A DNA stretch of 64,000 nt from an uncultured Lachnospiraceae bacterium (lineage in GTDB: Bacteria > Bacillota > Clostridia > Lachnospirales > Lachnospiraceae): contig CANRIV010000008.1 of the NCBI GenBank assembly GCA_947630805.1, positions 4,458 to 68,457 of the forward strand, given 5' to 3'. This document shows positions 27,759 through 37,676 of the stretch, piece by piece (the first letter of the stretch is position 1; each line of letters opens with the position of its first letter). Position numbers and translations under genes: made by a program. The notes below the pieces were generated by a model. That model did not search any database and was not told the origin of the DNA. It was given only the letters and a program-made list of their open reading frames with translations.

Positions 27759-27787
27759 GTATAAATTAATTTTTTCCGTCAATAATC
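27759..27787 (+). promoter_or_regulatory. Possible sigF promoter of spoIIR
   Basis: GTATA-14 bp-GTCAATAATC, a partial match to GYWTA-N15-GGnrAnAnTw. Confidence 0.35.
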
Positions 27788-27850
27788 TGATTAAGTCCCA
27801 CAGCTGAAATCAAATTTAAAAAGCTGTGTATGATAAAAGGAGATTTGAAA

Positions 27851-28453
27851 ATGAAAAAGAAATATATCTGTACGGGAATTATTTTTATTTTGAGCTTATG
27901 CAGTTGGTTTTCTTATAAAAAAATAGAATCCCGCTGCGCCCAACATGTTTTATCCGACTGTGCAGTCAGATTTCATGTGAAAGCAAACAGTGATTCCGAA
28001 ACCGATCAGAATATCAAAATGAAAGTCAAAAATGCCGTAGTAGACTACATATGCCAAAATACCAGAAATTTTGATACGGTAGAGGAAACTAAAATATTTG
28101 TTACGCGAAATGATAGTACAATTCGTGAAATTGCCGGCCGGGTAATCCGGGACAATGGTTATGACTACCCTGTCACTTCTTATTTTGGAAAGCAGGATTT
28201 TCCTGAAAAAGCATATGGAGACGTGACGTTTCCGGCAGGAAATTATACATCCTATACGCTGTATCTTGGAAAAGGCAGAGGACATAACTGGTGGTGCGTC
28301 CTTTATCCCCCTCTGTGTTTTACAGATGCTTCCACCGGAACGCTGCCGGATTCTTCCAAGCAGATGCTTCGGGAATCTCTGACAGAGAAAGAATACGACA
28401 GTGTCGTCCGCTATCGGTTTAAATATTTTACTTTTCTCAATCAGTTTCTCTAA
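27851..28453 (+). CDS. spoIIR: Stage II sporulation protein R
   Basis: RFHVKANSDSETDQNIKMKVKNAV, FPEKAYG, GKGRGHNWWCVLYPPLC; ATG 27851 with SD AAGGAG. Confidence 0.95.
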   Translation: MKKKYICTGIIFILSLCSWFSYKKIESRCAQHVLSDCAVRFHVKANSDSETDQNIKMKVKNAVVDYICQNTRNFDTVEETKIFVTRNDSTIREIAGRVIRDNGYDYPVTSYFGKQDFPEKAYGDVTFPAGNYTSYTLYLGKGRGHNWWCVLYPPLCFTDASTGTLPDSSKQMLRESLTEKEYDSVVRYRFKYFTFLNQFL

Positions 28454-28478
28454 AAATATCAGTTGCAAAAGAATAAAA

Positions 28479-28559
28479 CAGCTCTGACTGACTGGAACGA
28501 CAAACACATTCATTTTCTTATTTTGCTGCATTGTTTACCGTACCAGTCAGTCAGAGCTG
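28479..28559. repeat. Long inverted repeat / bidirectional terminator
   Basis: Perfect 17 bp CAGCTCTGACTGACTGG / CCAGTCAGTCAGAGCTG around a 47-nt partly pairing loop. Confidence 0.7.
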
Positions 28560-28587
28560 CCCTCGACCGCAAGCATCCCCGTCTTAC

Positions 28588-29451
28588 CTAAACAAATTTT
28601 GTAAGATAGAGCTGCTCTGTATATTTTTTGTCTTTTAACTGTCGTATCGTATCTTCCGCTTTTTCTTTTGATTCAAATAATCCAAATACCGTCGGTCCGC
28701 TTCCGCTCATAATAGAATTTAATGCTCCTCCTTCCAGCATAACATTCTTAATATCTCGGATAATCGGATACTCTGGCACTGTTACATCTTCCATAACATT
28801 ATAAAGAAGCATGGAAAGCTGCTGTATGTCCCCCTTTTTGATTGCTTCTGCCATGCCTTCTATATCCGGATGCTTTGTAATCTGTTCCGGTCTGATGTGT
28901 CCATATACATAGGCCGTTGACACTGACACCGGCGGTTTTGCTATTACTACATGACACTGGGGAGGTGCCGGCAGAGGTGTGAGTTCTTCCCCGATTCCAC
29001 GTGCAATCGCTGTACCTCCCAGAATACAATACGGCACATCTGCACCAAGTCTGACCCCCCGTTCCATTAACTGCTCCATGGTAAGATTTAACCGGAACAT
29101 AGTATTTATCCCCTTTAATACCGCGGCACAGTCAGCGCTGCCTCCTGCCATGCCCCCTGCAATAGGAATTCTTTTATGAATATAAATCTCAATTCCCTGA
29201 TGAATGTCAAATTCATCCATCAGCATTTTTGCCGCCATATATGCAAGATTTTCTTTTTCGTTTGATAAAACCATCATATCTGTAATTACTTTAATTTTTT
29301 CGGAATGGTCTGTTTTGGAAATAACAATATCATCATATACATCTACCGTCTGCATAATCATATCCAAATCATGATATCCGTCTTCTCTCTTTCGCAGAAC
29401 ATCCAGTCCTAAATTTATCTTTCCATATGCTTTTAACTTAATTTTATCCAT
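28588..29451 (-). CDS. ispE: 4-diphosphocytidyl-2-C-methyl-D-erythritol kinase
   Basis: AYGKINLGLDV, KRIPIAGGMAGGSADCA, LGADVP, MSGSGPTVFG; start 29451 (SD GGAG) or 29463. Confidence 0.96.
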   Translation of the reverse strand: MDKIKLKAYGKINLGLDVLRKREDGYHDLDMIMQTVDVYDDIVISKTDHSEKIKVITDMMVLSNEKENLAYMAAKMLMDEFDIHQGIEIYIHKRIPIAGGMAGGSADCAAVLKGINTMFRLNLTMEQLMERGVRLGADVPYCILGGTAIARGIGEELTPLPAPPQCHVVIAKPPVSVSTAYVYGHIRPEQITKHPDIEGMAEAIKKGDIQQLSMLLYNVMEDVTVPEYPIIRDIKNVMLEGGALNSIMSGSGPTVFGLFESKEKAEDTIRQLKDKKYTEQLYLTKFV

Positions 29452-29559
29452 TGTTCTCTCCATTTCATTTTTCAGGCATTGCCGTCTCTCATATATCGCT
29501 ACATATCACTTTCTTTTTCAGTATACTTTTTTTATTATTTTTGTGCAATGCAATCTTCA

Positions 29560-31113
29560 CTACATACAGGATTTCATAATCAGAAGTCTGTCTCCCTTTT
29601 TAATATGCTCTGACTGCAGCTCATTCATAGCCATAATATTTTCTATTGTCGTATAATTTTCTTTTGCCAATTTCCATAAAGTATCTCCCGGCTGTACCAC
29701 ATACCCCTTAATTACCGGAGCGGCATTTACTTTTTCCATATCGATTTCTTCCTCATCAATGCGGGAAATAAATTCTCTCTTTTCTTCCTTGAAGACAATA
29801 ATCTCCAGCACGATTGCGGCTTTTACTTCTATTTCGTCCGTACTCAACATGTTTGCATTGACCTGCTCTACCTGCCAGTCAATATAATATTTGTCCTTTT
29901 CTGAAATCCCTTCCGCATCTATCCGGTGTTCAAACTCTTCCTCTTTCCACTGACAGCATACCGGATGCGTATCATCAGAAGAAATGTACATGACACATAC
30001 TCTGATTTTTCCCACTGCTTTTAGTCCGTTGTCACTCACGGTAATATTTTCAATTTTCACTTCGGCCATACTATTACATATCTGTAAAATATGTCCTTTA
30101 GACTGGTCTACATTTATTTTTATATTATTTTTTGTGCGGGAAGCATTTTTTACCAGCAGTCTTTCAAATGTTTTCTCCTCCATTACCGGAATCAAATTCG
30201 CATCCGGTGCATATACATCTTCCAATATGTCAATCTGCTTTTCTTCATAAATTTTAATGTTCAGTTTTAACAGTGCGTTAATCCTAAGTTCCCTCATCTC
30301 ATTATCCTGGTCCATTTCAGCATCAATTGTTATGTTGTATAAATTGGTCGTTATGTAAGAAATAAGATCTTCTCTGGCTTCACTGATTTCCAATGTTCCA
30401 CCGAAATTCAGTGTGGTATCAATCCATTGTTGAGGCGCCGATTCCTCTTCCGGTATATACATAATAAACACCTGAAGTTCTCCGCTGATATGTATCACGC
30501 CCTCCAGCATTTTTGTATTAATATTTTTAATCCTCACATCTTTCCACACGATTTTTCCAATCGGCTGTTTGTTGTAAGGAATAATAATCTGTTCACTGAT
30601 TCGAAAGGTATCTGTTTTATCCGCCACGATTGCCAGACTATCCATCTGACCATAACGGGTCATCATATTATCTCTTTCAGCGTGTACAGCCGCCTGAATA
30701 TCTTCCATACACTCACCATTCAGATACGCAGTCAACTGAATTTTATAGATAAAACTTCTCTGGTCTATCAGTTTTACTGTTGCTGAGGATACTACAATTT
30801 TTGCACTGATACTGCAGCTGTCATCTATCCCGGATATTTTTATCGCTTCTTCAAACGGAATCTCCCCTTCTATTCCATTGGCTTTATCAGAATCATTGGT
30901 ATAATAAAGCAGTCCGTAAGCAATACTGCCGCTGAGAATTACCTGATTGTTTCTCAGTTCCACGTTGTCCACTGTAGCCATTTCTTTCTGATTAATAATA
31001 CTTACAATATCCGCATCTGATTCTGACAGTCTTTCTTCGTGGTTTACATAAAATGTAACTGTCTCGCTTTTCATTATTTTTCCCATATGAATATTATATT
31101 TTTCCAACTCCAT
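29560..31113 (-). CDS. sipL: DUF3794 (SPOCS) repeats + C-terminal LysM; SipL-like spore coat morphogenetic protein
   Basis: Three GEIPFEE/LNFGGTLE/EFEHRID-type modules, LysM YVVQPGDTLWKLAKENYTT; next to ispE; start ATG 31113 (SD GGGGAG). Confidence 0.8.
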   Translation of the reverse strand: MELEKYNIHMGKIMKSETVTFYVNHEERLSESDADIVSIINQKEMATVDNVELRNNQVILSGSIAYGLLYYTNDSDKANGIEGEIPFEEAIKISGIDDSCSISAKIVVSSATVKLIDQRSFIYKIQLTAYLNGECMEDIQAAVHAERDNMMTRYGQMDSLAIVADKTDTFRISEQIIIPYNKQPIGKIVWKDVRIKNINTKMLEGVIHISGELQVFIMYIPEEESAPQQWIDTTLNFGGTLEISEAREDLISYITTNLYNITIDAEMDQDNEMRELRINALLKLNIKIYEEKQIDILEDVYAPDANLIPVMEEKTFERLLVKNASRTKNNIKINVDQSKGHILQICNSMAEVKIENITVSDNGLKAVGKIRVCVMYISSDDTHPVCCQWKEEEFEHRIDAEGISEKDKYYIDWQVEQVNANMLSTDEIEVKAAIVLEIIVFKEEKREFISRIDEEEIDMEKVNAAPVIKGYVVQPGDTLWKLAKENYTTIENIMAMNELQSEHIKKGDRLLIMKSCM

Positions 31114-31153
31114 GACTCTCTCCCCCATTTCTATTTTTCCATCAGCTTTTTAC

Positions 31154-31181
31154 ATTGTATGTTCTCATTCATCAAATATTA
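31154..31181 (-). promoter_or_regulatory. Likely sigE promoter of the sipL-like gene
   Basis: -10 CATACAAT (31161-31154) with TAATATT 13 bp upstream, inside the 3' end of the preceding gene. Confidence 0.5.
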
Positions 31182-31578
31182 CATTTTTATCACTATACTC
31201 AATTTTTATGACAATATATGGAAATGACGCTATCTCCTGGCTGTTAGGTTCCTTTGGCCCCCTGAATTCCGTCTTTACAAAAATTGCATTTTCTGTCTCA
31301 TAGATACTTTTTACCTGAATACTATATCCATTATATTTTTGTTTTCCGTATCCTACGATAATATATGTATACTGCTGGTCTGAATATGTAACTTTAAATT
31401 CCTTTTCCTTTCTCTCTTCAACAATCTGATTGACTTCCTGGGGTATCTCATTCTCCGCCACCACTGTAAAATCTATATCTCTGGTTTTATTTTCTGATAT
31501 TTTTTGAATTTTGCATCCCATGACAGCAGCCGAGACCAAAACGATAACCAGAAGAAGTATCATCACATTTTTTTTCAT
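31165..31578 (-). CDS. PrcB C-terminal-domain lipoprotein
   Basis: Lipobox-like AVMGC; YIIVGYGKQKYNGYSIQV and PYIVIKIE motifs. Confidence 0.75.
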   Translation of the reverse strand: MKKNVMILLLVIVLVSAAVMGCKIQKISENKTRDIDFTVVAENEIPQEVNQIVEERKEKEFKVTYSDQQYTYIIVGYGKQKYNGYSIQVKSIYETENAIFVKTEFRGPKEPNSQEIASFPYIVIKIEYSDKNVIFDE

Positions 31579-31584
31579 AAAAAA

Positions 31585-31622
31585 ACACCATAATATATCT
31601 TTATTAAAATATATTATGGTGT
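31585..31622 (-). terminator. Terminator after pgm
   Basis: Perfect 14 bp ACACCATAATATAT/ATATATTATGGTGT followed by a T run on the minus strand. Confidence 0.7.
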
Positions 31623-31671
31623 AAAATTTTTATTCTTTTATTTTTCTAAGACCGTTTTGATGTGACGCACA

Positions 31672-33405
31672 TTACAGCATGGCATTTACCATTTTAACCA
31701 TGTAGTCACCCAGCTCCTTTAACTTTGCATTAGCATCATCAAAGCTGCTTCCTTTCACGCCATAGTAAAATTTCAGTTTTGGCTCCGTTCCGGAAGGTCT
31801 GATACATACCCAGGCATAATCGCTTAAATCATAGTAGAGGACATTGGATTTTGGAAGTCCTGTGGAAGTCGTTTCACCTGTTTCCATATCCCTTATAACA
31901 TCCAGCTTATAATCACGCTCTGAGAGTACTTTATAACCGGCAATTTCCTTTGGAACGTCATTGCGAAGTTTTTCCAGTGTGTTCTGGATTTTTTCAATTC
32001 CTTCTTTTCCTTTCAGAGTAATTGCCTGAACGCCGTCTCTCCAATATCCATATCTCTCATACATTTCTTTCATCTTATCCCAGAGAGACATTCCCTTCGT
32101 CTTATAGTAGGCGGCCGCTTCACAGAGCGCCATTGTAGCAACCACGGCATCCTTGTCTCTGGCATGCGTACCAATCAGACAGCCATAGCTTTCCTCAAAA
32201 CCAAACAGATATGTTCCCTGATTGGTTTTTTCAAACTCCAGCATTTTTTCACCAATATATTTAAATCCGGTAAGAACCTCTATCAGATGAATTCCATAAT
32301 AGTCCGCAATATCATTGGCAAGGTTTGTCGTTACAATACTCTTGATTAATGCTCCATTTTCCGGAAGTTTTCCTGCTTCCTTTAACTGACTGATTTCATA
32401 TTCTGCCAACAAACATCCGGACATGTTTCCTGTCAATATATGATAAGTGCCTGGTTTGCTTCCTTTAATATAAACGCCCAGTCTGTCTGCATCCGGGTCC
32501 GTAGCCAAAAGAATATCTGCCTCGATTTCATCTCCCAGCTTAACAGCCAGTTCAAATGCCTCTGCCGATTCAGGGTTAGGATAGCTAACCGTAGGGAAGT
32601 TTCCGTCAGGAAGCTCCTGTTCTTTTACTACATAAACATTTTCAAATCCCAGTTCTTTTAACAGTCTTCTTACCGGAACATTTCCCGCACCATGAAGTGG
32701 TGTATACACGATTTTAATGTCTTTTTGCACTGCTTTGATTGCTTCCGGATTTTTTACCAGTTTTTTCAATGCTGCAATATATTTATCATCGATTTCTTTT
32801 CCAATCTGCACATAAAGACCCGCTTTGACGGCTTCTTCTTTTTCCATCGTCTTTACGTTTGCATAACCTGTAATTGCAGATACTGCTGACATAATTCCGG
32901 TATCATGTGGAGGTGTAATCTGTGCCCCATCCTCCCAGTATACTTTATATCCGTTATACTCTGCCGGGTTATGACTCGCTGTCACATTAATACCGGCAAT
33001 ACAGTTCAACTCTCTGACAGCAAAAGAAAGTTCCGGTGTAGGTCTGAGGGAATCAAATACATAAGCCTTGATTCCATTTGAATTCAGACACAGCGCTGCT
33101 TCATCCGCAAACTCCGGCGACATACGTCTGGAATCATATGCAATGGCAACCCCTCTGTCCTGCCCGTTCATCTTGATAATATAATTTGCCAGACCTTGGG
33201 TGGCTTTTCTAACGGTATAGATATTCATCCGGTTTGTACCGGCGCCGATAACACCGCGCAGACCTGCCGTACCAAATTCCAGATTTTTGTAGAATCTGTC
33301 TTCTATTTCCTTTTCATCATTTTTGATTGCTTCCAATTCTTTCTTTGTATTATCATCAAAGTATGGATTTGAAAGCCATTCCTCATACAACTCTCTATAG
33401 TCCAT
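31672..33405 (-). CDS. pgm: Phosphoglucomutase / phospho-sugar mutase
   Basis: FGTAGLRG, TASHNP, DPDADR, GFEESYG, RPSGTEPK; start ATG 33405 (SD GGAGG). Confidence 0.93.
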   Translation of the reverse strand: MDYRELYEEWLSNPYFDDNTKKELEAIKNDEKEIEDRFYKNLEFGTAGLRGVIGAGTNRMNIYTVRKATQGLANYIIKMNGQDRGVAIAYDSRRMSPEFADEAALCLNSNGIKAYVFDSLRPTPELSFAVRELNCIAGINVTASHNPAEYNGYKVYWEDGAQITPPHDTGIMSAVSAITGYANVKTMEKEEAVKAGLYVQIGKEIDDKYIAALKKLVKNPEAIKAVQKDIKIVYTPLHGAGNVPVRRLLKELGFENVYVVKEQELPDGNFPTVSYPNPESAEAFELAVKLGDEIEADILLATDPDADRLGVYIKGSKPGTYHILTGNMSGCLLAEYEISQLKEAGKLPENGALIKSIVTTNLANDIADYYGIHLIEVLTGFKYIGEKMLEFEKTNQGTYLFGFEESYGCLIGTHARDKDAVVATMALCEAAAYYKTKGMSLWDKMKEMYERYGYWRDGVQAITLKGKEGIEKIQNTLEKLRNDVPKEIAGYKVLSERDYKLDVIRDMETGETTSTGLPKSNVLYYDLSDYAWVCIRPSGTEPKLKFYYGVKGSSFDDANAKLKELGDYMVKMVNAML

Positions 33406-33508
33406 AACAATCCTCCAATTCAATTTTCCCACATACTAGTTTATTGTAATACAAAGTGTCCTTAATGAAAAGCGATAAAAACATTTTTTTTGGAATTTTA
33501 TTACATTT

Positions 33509-34492
33509 TTACATATTTTTTATAAAATTCCACCGTAAATTTTCCTGTTTCTTGAATTGTTTCAATTTTTCTTCGTTTTTTTCGGAATACCACGCTTTAT
33601 TTGAATTGTAATAATAATTGATTATTTTCCAGAATTTTTCAGGATAACGGAACATTGTTTTCAATATTTCATATTCTCCTGCTGATATACTTCTCACTTT
33701 TCCATAAGATTCCAGGACATCATCCGCAAAATGAATATCCCAGTTATTTTTTTCCATAATTTTTCTCAAATAATCATACAAATCCTGTATTTGAGGAGCA
33801 TAGTTGATTTTCATCATATTCACCATAAATACCTGATTATTATTCATCATAATATTGTGATAATTATAACTGCCATGATTCAGTGTCTTATTCTTCACTG
33901 CGCTTTCATATAACACTTCATAATCTGACTTTTTCAGTACATCGACCGCATTTTGTGCCTGTTCGTAATATCTGTCTATAATATTATGGAGTGACATTTC
34001 AAAATAATTCTTATTTTTCCGTTTTTTTATATAATTTTTAATACGGACTATCTCATGGTTATGTCTTTGATAAGAATTTACGATATTTTCACCGGGATGA
34101 AACCCTCTGGTGCCCTGACAGATTTCCGCCACATTCTGACAGCATTGATGAAAATTTCCCAGATTTTGAGCGCCCAGACACATGTGCCTGAGATTGTTAA
34201 TACTGCTCTCTTCCGCAAAAAGCCATCTTTTCAATATATACGTATATCCGTCTTCACTGACGGAAACATACTCTCCATCTTTATTTATAATCACATAATC
34301 TGTGCAAAATCCTTTGCCTTCCAAATAATCATAGAGTTTTTTCATTACCGCCATTTTTTCATTGCTGTTATTATATTCCTGTAAGATGTATTTTCCGTCT
34401 TTTGTCTCGCATCCGTAGTTTCCTTTAACCCGATAAATCTCTTTCACTTCCAAATCATATTGCTCTAACACAGTTAAAGATTTCTCATTCAT
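33509..34492 (-). CDS. cotS: CotS-family spore coat protein
   Basis: Kinase-like fold, LNHGSYNYHN, IQDLYDYLRKIMEK, YPEKFWKIINYYYN; SD AGGAGG. Confidence 0.85.
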   Translation of the reverse strand: MNEKSLTVLEQYDLEVKEIYRVKGNYGCETKDGKYILQEYNNSNEKMAVMKKLYDYLEGKGFCTDYVIINKDGEYVSVSEDGYTYILKRWLFAEESSINNLRHMCLGAQNLGNFHQCCQNVAEICQGTRGFHPGENIVNSYQRHNHEIVRIKNYIKKRKNKNYFEMSLHNIIDRYYEQAQNAVDVLKKSDYEVLYESAVKNKTLNHGSYNYHNIMMNNNQVFMVNMMKINYAPQIQDLYDYLRKIMEKNNWDIHFADDVLESYGKVRSISAGEYEILKTMFRYPEKFWKIINYYYNSNKAWYSEKNEEKLKQFKKQENLRWNFIKNM

Positions 34493-34626
34493 CCGTCCGC
34501 CTCCTATCCTTTCAGTGCAGTGCCAAAACCCACTTTTAGATTTTGCTTAATCATTTTAAAGATATGAATTTGTTACGGTGTGTAGAACAAAAATAGGAAC
34601 ATTCTACGGTCAGAGATATCTGTATT

Positions 34627-36021
34627 TTATTGTGCTGTCCCGGATATTAAATCCAGGGCACGCCTTTCCAAATCAATTTTATTATTTTTTTCCGGATCTT
34701 TGAGAACTTCATCCAAAAGAGTATCCAGTATATCACCAATAGCGGCACCTGTAGGACAGCCCAGGGCAATTAAATCCTTTCCGCTAATCTGTAATTCTTT
34801 CGTGGAAGTGCAGATATGATTCTCTATGATTTTCTTATACTGACTGCAGGTATACAGATATCCATCATATCCTTTTTCTTTTCCGTAATCACTTTTTCCC
34901 TGGAAATCTGCATAGACAAGCTGCAGGTACAGTTCATAAATATCTTTTCCGATTTTGTGCACACTGCGCCTTACCGCCTCAGGCGTGCATTCCCTGCTGA
35001 CAGGTCTGTCGTCATGACATGCTACCAGCCTGGTCACTGTTTTTATGGTTTTATTATCCATTTTCAACCGACGCATAATCTGCGGTGTCATCTCGGCACC
35101 CACTTTTGCATGACCATAAAAGTGCATCCTGTCGGAATCTTTTTTATCATAGGTAATAGAATAAGGTTTTCCAACGTCATGAAACAATGCCGCCAGACGC
35201 ATCTCCTTTGTATTGGGTACATTTTGCAGCACTTTTACTGTATGGACTCCCACATTATATTTGTGATAAGGTGTGTTTTGTGGACATTCCATCATGCGGT
35301 CAAACTCCGGCAATATCACTTTTGTAATTCCGGTATCATAAGCAGTAATCAGTTTTTCCGGATGATCTGACATAATCAGTTTTTCCAGTTCTACACGGAT
35401 TCTCTCTGCACTGATATATTTCAGTGTAGCAGCCATTTCAGTAATGGAACTCAGTGTGTTTTTCTCAATTTCAAATCCAAGCTGCGCTGAAAAACGTACA
35501 GCTCTTAAAATTCTGAGCGCATCTTCTCCAAATCTTTCTCTGGCATCTCCGACACATCGGATTTGTCCTCTTTCAAGGTCTCCCATGCCATCAAAAACAT
35601 CTATCAGACCTACCGTAGGATTGTACGCCATTGCATTGATTGTAAAATCTCTGCGTTTTAAGTCCTCGACTAAATCGGAGGTAAATTCTACAGATTCCGG
35701 ATGCCGGTTGTCATTGTATTCTCCGTCTATTCTGTATGTGGTAACTTCATATCCGATATGTCCCAGCATCACTGTAACCGTACCATGTAAAATTCCGGTA
35801 TCTATCGTTCTGTGAAACAGCGCTTTTACCTGTTTGGGCAGTGCAGATGTCGTGATATCCCAGTCCTGAGGCTCTCTTCCCAGAATGGTATCTCTCACAC
35901 AGCCTCCCACTGCAAATGCTTCATACCCGTTTTGTTCCAGAATTCCCAGAATCATCCGCACATGCTTTGGTATATTTATTTTAAAGTCTTTATTTTCTCT
36001 GTAACTGCTCATATCATTCAA
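34627..36021 (-). CDS. cca: CCA-adding tRNA nucleotidyltransferase with HD domain
   Basis: VGGCVRD, DWDITT, EVTTYR, RRDFTINAMA, EDALRILRAVRF, LFHDVGKP. Confidence 0.93.
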   Translation of the reverse strand: MNDMSSYRENKDFKINIPKHVRMILGILEQNGYEAFAVGGCVRDTILGREPQDWDITTSALPKQVKALFHRTIDTGILHGTVTVMLGHIGYEVTTYRIDGEYNDNRHPESVEFTSDLVEDLKRRDFTINAMAYNPTVGLIDVFDGMGDLERGQIRCVGDARERFGEDALRILRAVRFSAQLGFEIEKNTLSSITEMAATLKYISAERIRVELEKLIMSDHPEKLITAYDTGITKVILPEFDRMMECPQNTPYHKYNVGVHTVKVLQNVPNTKEMRLAALFHDVGKPYSITYDKKDSDRMHFYGHAKVGAEMTPQIMRRLKMDNKTIKTVTRLVACHDDRPVSRECTPEAVRRSVHKIGKDIYELYLQLVYADFQGKSDYGKEKGYDGYLYTCSQYKKIIENHICTSTKELQISGKDLIALGCPTGAAIGDILDTLLDEVLKDPEKNNKIDLERRALDLISGTAQ

Positions 36022-36056
36022 GCCTTTCTATTTTATACTTTTCAGGTCATTTCCAC

Positions 36057-37475
36057 TTATTTTTCATCCAACGCTTCGTTCATAACTGCCAACGCTTTTG
36101 TTAAATTTTCTTCCGGCACGGCAGAATAATTGATAATAAACTTATGACGAAATTCCTTCTGTTTATTATAGCAATAATCTGAAACGCTGGAAATATTTAT
36201 ATTATGATTTCTGAGAATTTGCTTTAGTTTTCCATCATCTGTCTCTTTCTGAATTCCCAGAATAAAATGAAGCCCCGCATTCTCCTCCTCGATTGTCACT
36301 TTGGTGTATAAGGGAGACTTCCTGATGGCTTTGATGATTTTATTCCGATAATCCCGATAGTAATTTCTCATTCTGTTAATATGGCGTTCATAATATCCCT
36401 CTGCAATAAAACTCGCCAGTGTATACTGTTCAAAACTGGACACCGTACCGGAATAAAAATTTAAATCCGTGTAGTATTTTTTTAAAAGATTATCCGGAAG
36501 AATCATGTATGCGATTCGAATAGACGGCGCAAGCGTCTTGGAAAATGTGTTCATATAAATTACCCTGCCAGGGTCCATACCTAATATGGAGGGAATCGGT
36601 TTTCCGGAAAAACGAAACTCACTGTCATAATCGTCTTCAATCAAAAATCCATTATTTTTTTCCGCCCACAAAAGCAACTGCTGTCTTCTGGATACCGGCA
36701 TGACTCTTCCGGTAGGGAAATGATGCGACGGAGAGATGTGCACCGCCTTTGCATTACTTTTCTCCAGCTCTTTTACACAAAGACCATCCATATCAATCTT
36801 TATAGGAAGGCATTGCACGCCATTGCTCTCATATACCCGGCCGATTTTATGATATCCAGGATCTTCCAGTGCAATGCAGGTATTTTTCCCCAGAAGCTGT
36901 ACAATCATACTGTAAAGATACTCTGTCCCTGCTCCCACAATAATATTATCAGGATTCACTTCCATCCCTCTAAAATGCAGTAAATGTTCCGCGATTGCTA
37001 TCCTCAATTCCTCTATACCCTGTGGGGAAGGGCTGGTAAGAAAATCTTTTTCCCGGTCTGACAGCGTCCTTCTCATGATTTTTGACCAAGTGGCAAAAGG
37101 AAAACTGTCATACATAATATGATTAGAATTAAAATCTACGAGCCATTCTTTCTTTTCTTTTTTCTTTTGAAATCTATTTTTTTGAATTGATTCAGAGCTT
37201 TTACTCCACCGGCTTACCGTCTCATATTGCGCGCCTAGTTTTCCTACAAAATATCCCTTTTTTTCTTCCGAATAAATATACCCCTCTACCATCAGCTGTT
37301 CATAAGCATTTTCCACGGTAATGACACTGATATTATGATTTTTTGCCATCTCCCGCTTTGAGGGCAGTTTTTCTCCCGCCTTTATTTTTCCGGATAAAAT
37401 ATCATTACGGATACATTGATACAGATAATCATAAAGGGAAGTTTTTCCTCTGTTTTCAAAATTGTAAGTCAGCAT
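36057..37475 (-). CDS. pdxR: MocR/GabR-family PLP-binding regulator (PdxR-like)
   Basis: GntR HTH (GEKLPSKREMA, TVENAYEQL), aminotransferase-like domain (SPSHHFPTG, EDDYDSEFR, TFSKTLAP); divergent from pdxK. Confidence 0.85.
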   Translation of the reverse strand: MLTYNFENRGKTSLYDYLYQCIRNDILSGKIKAGEKLPSKREMAKNHNISVITVENAYEQLMVEGYIYSEEKKGYFVGKLGAQYETVSRWSKSSESIQKNRFQKKKEKKEWLVDFNSNHIMYDSFPFATWSKIMRRTLSDREKDFLTSPSPQGIEELRIAIAEHLLHFRGMEVNPDNIIVGAGTEYLYSMIVQLLGKNTCIALEDPGYHKIGRVYESNGVQCLPIKIDMDGLCVKELEKSNAKAVHISPSHHFPTGRVMPVSRRQQLLLWAEKNNGFLIEDDYDSEFRFSGKPIPSILGMDPGRVIYMNTFSKTLAPSIRIAYMILPDNLLKKYYTDLNFYSGTVSSFEQYTLASFIAEGYYERHINRMRNYYRDYRNKIIKAIRKSPLYTKVTIEEENAGLHFILGIQKETDDGKLKQILRNHNINISSVSDYCYNKQKEFRHKFIINYSAVPEENLTKALAVMNEALDEK

Positions 37476-37676
37476 AATTTATCTCCATACCGTTTATTTT
37501 ACAATAACGTAATCTCAAATCTGGTATTATATTTTTTTCATAAAGTGGAAATATTAATAAGGTCATTTCAATATTATACTGTAAGAGGCAGAAAAAGTAA
37601 AATATCTGTCATATTTATGATGGAAAGGAGCGTGCGCATATTTTTTAACTTATTTCTATCGCGCACAACAAAACAT

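Noticed and set aside
31672-33405. pgm as part of the glucan locus
   Set aside because: Metabolically relevant to Glc-1-P, but 8 kb away in a conserved housekeeping/sporulation neighbourhood with no shared promoter motif.
34560-34590. sigK promoter for cotS
   Set aside because: AC-N15-CATAtctT is only a loose match in AT-rich DNA; not enough to call.
37416-37616. Long N-terminal extension of pdxK
   Set aside because: It overlaps the divergent pdxR start and promoter; homologous sequence begins at MKRV.
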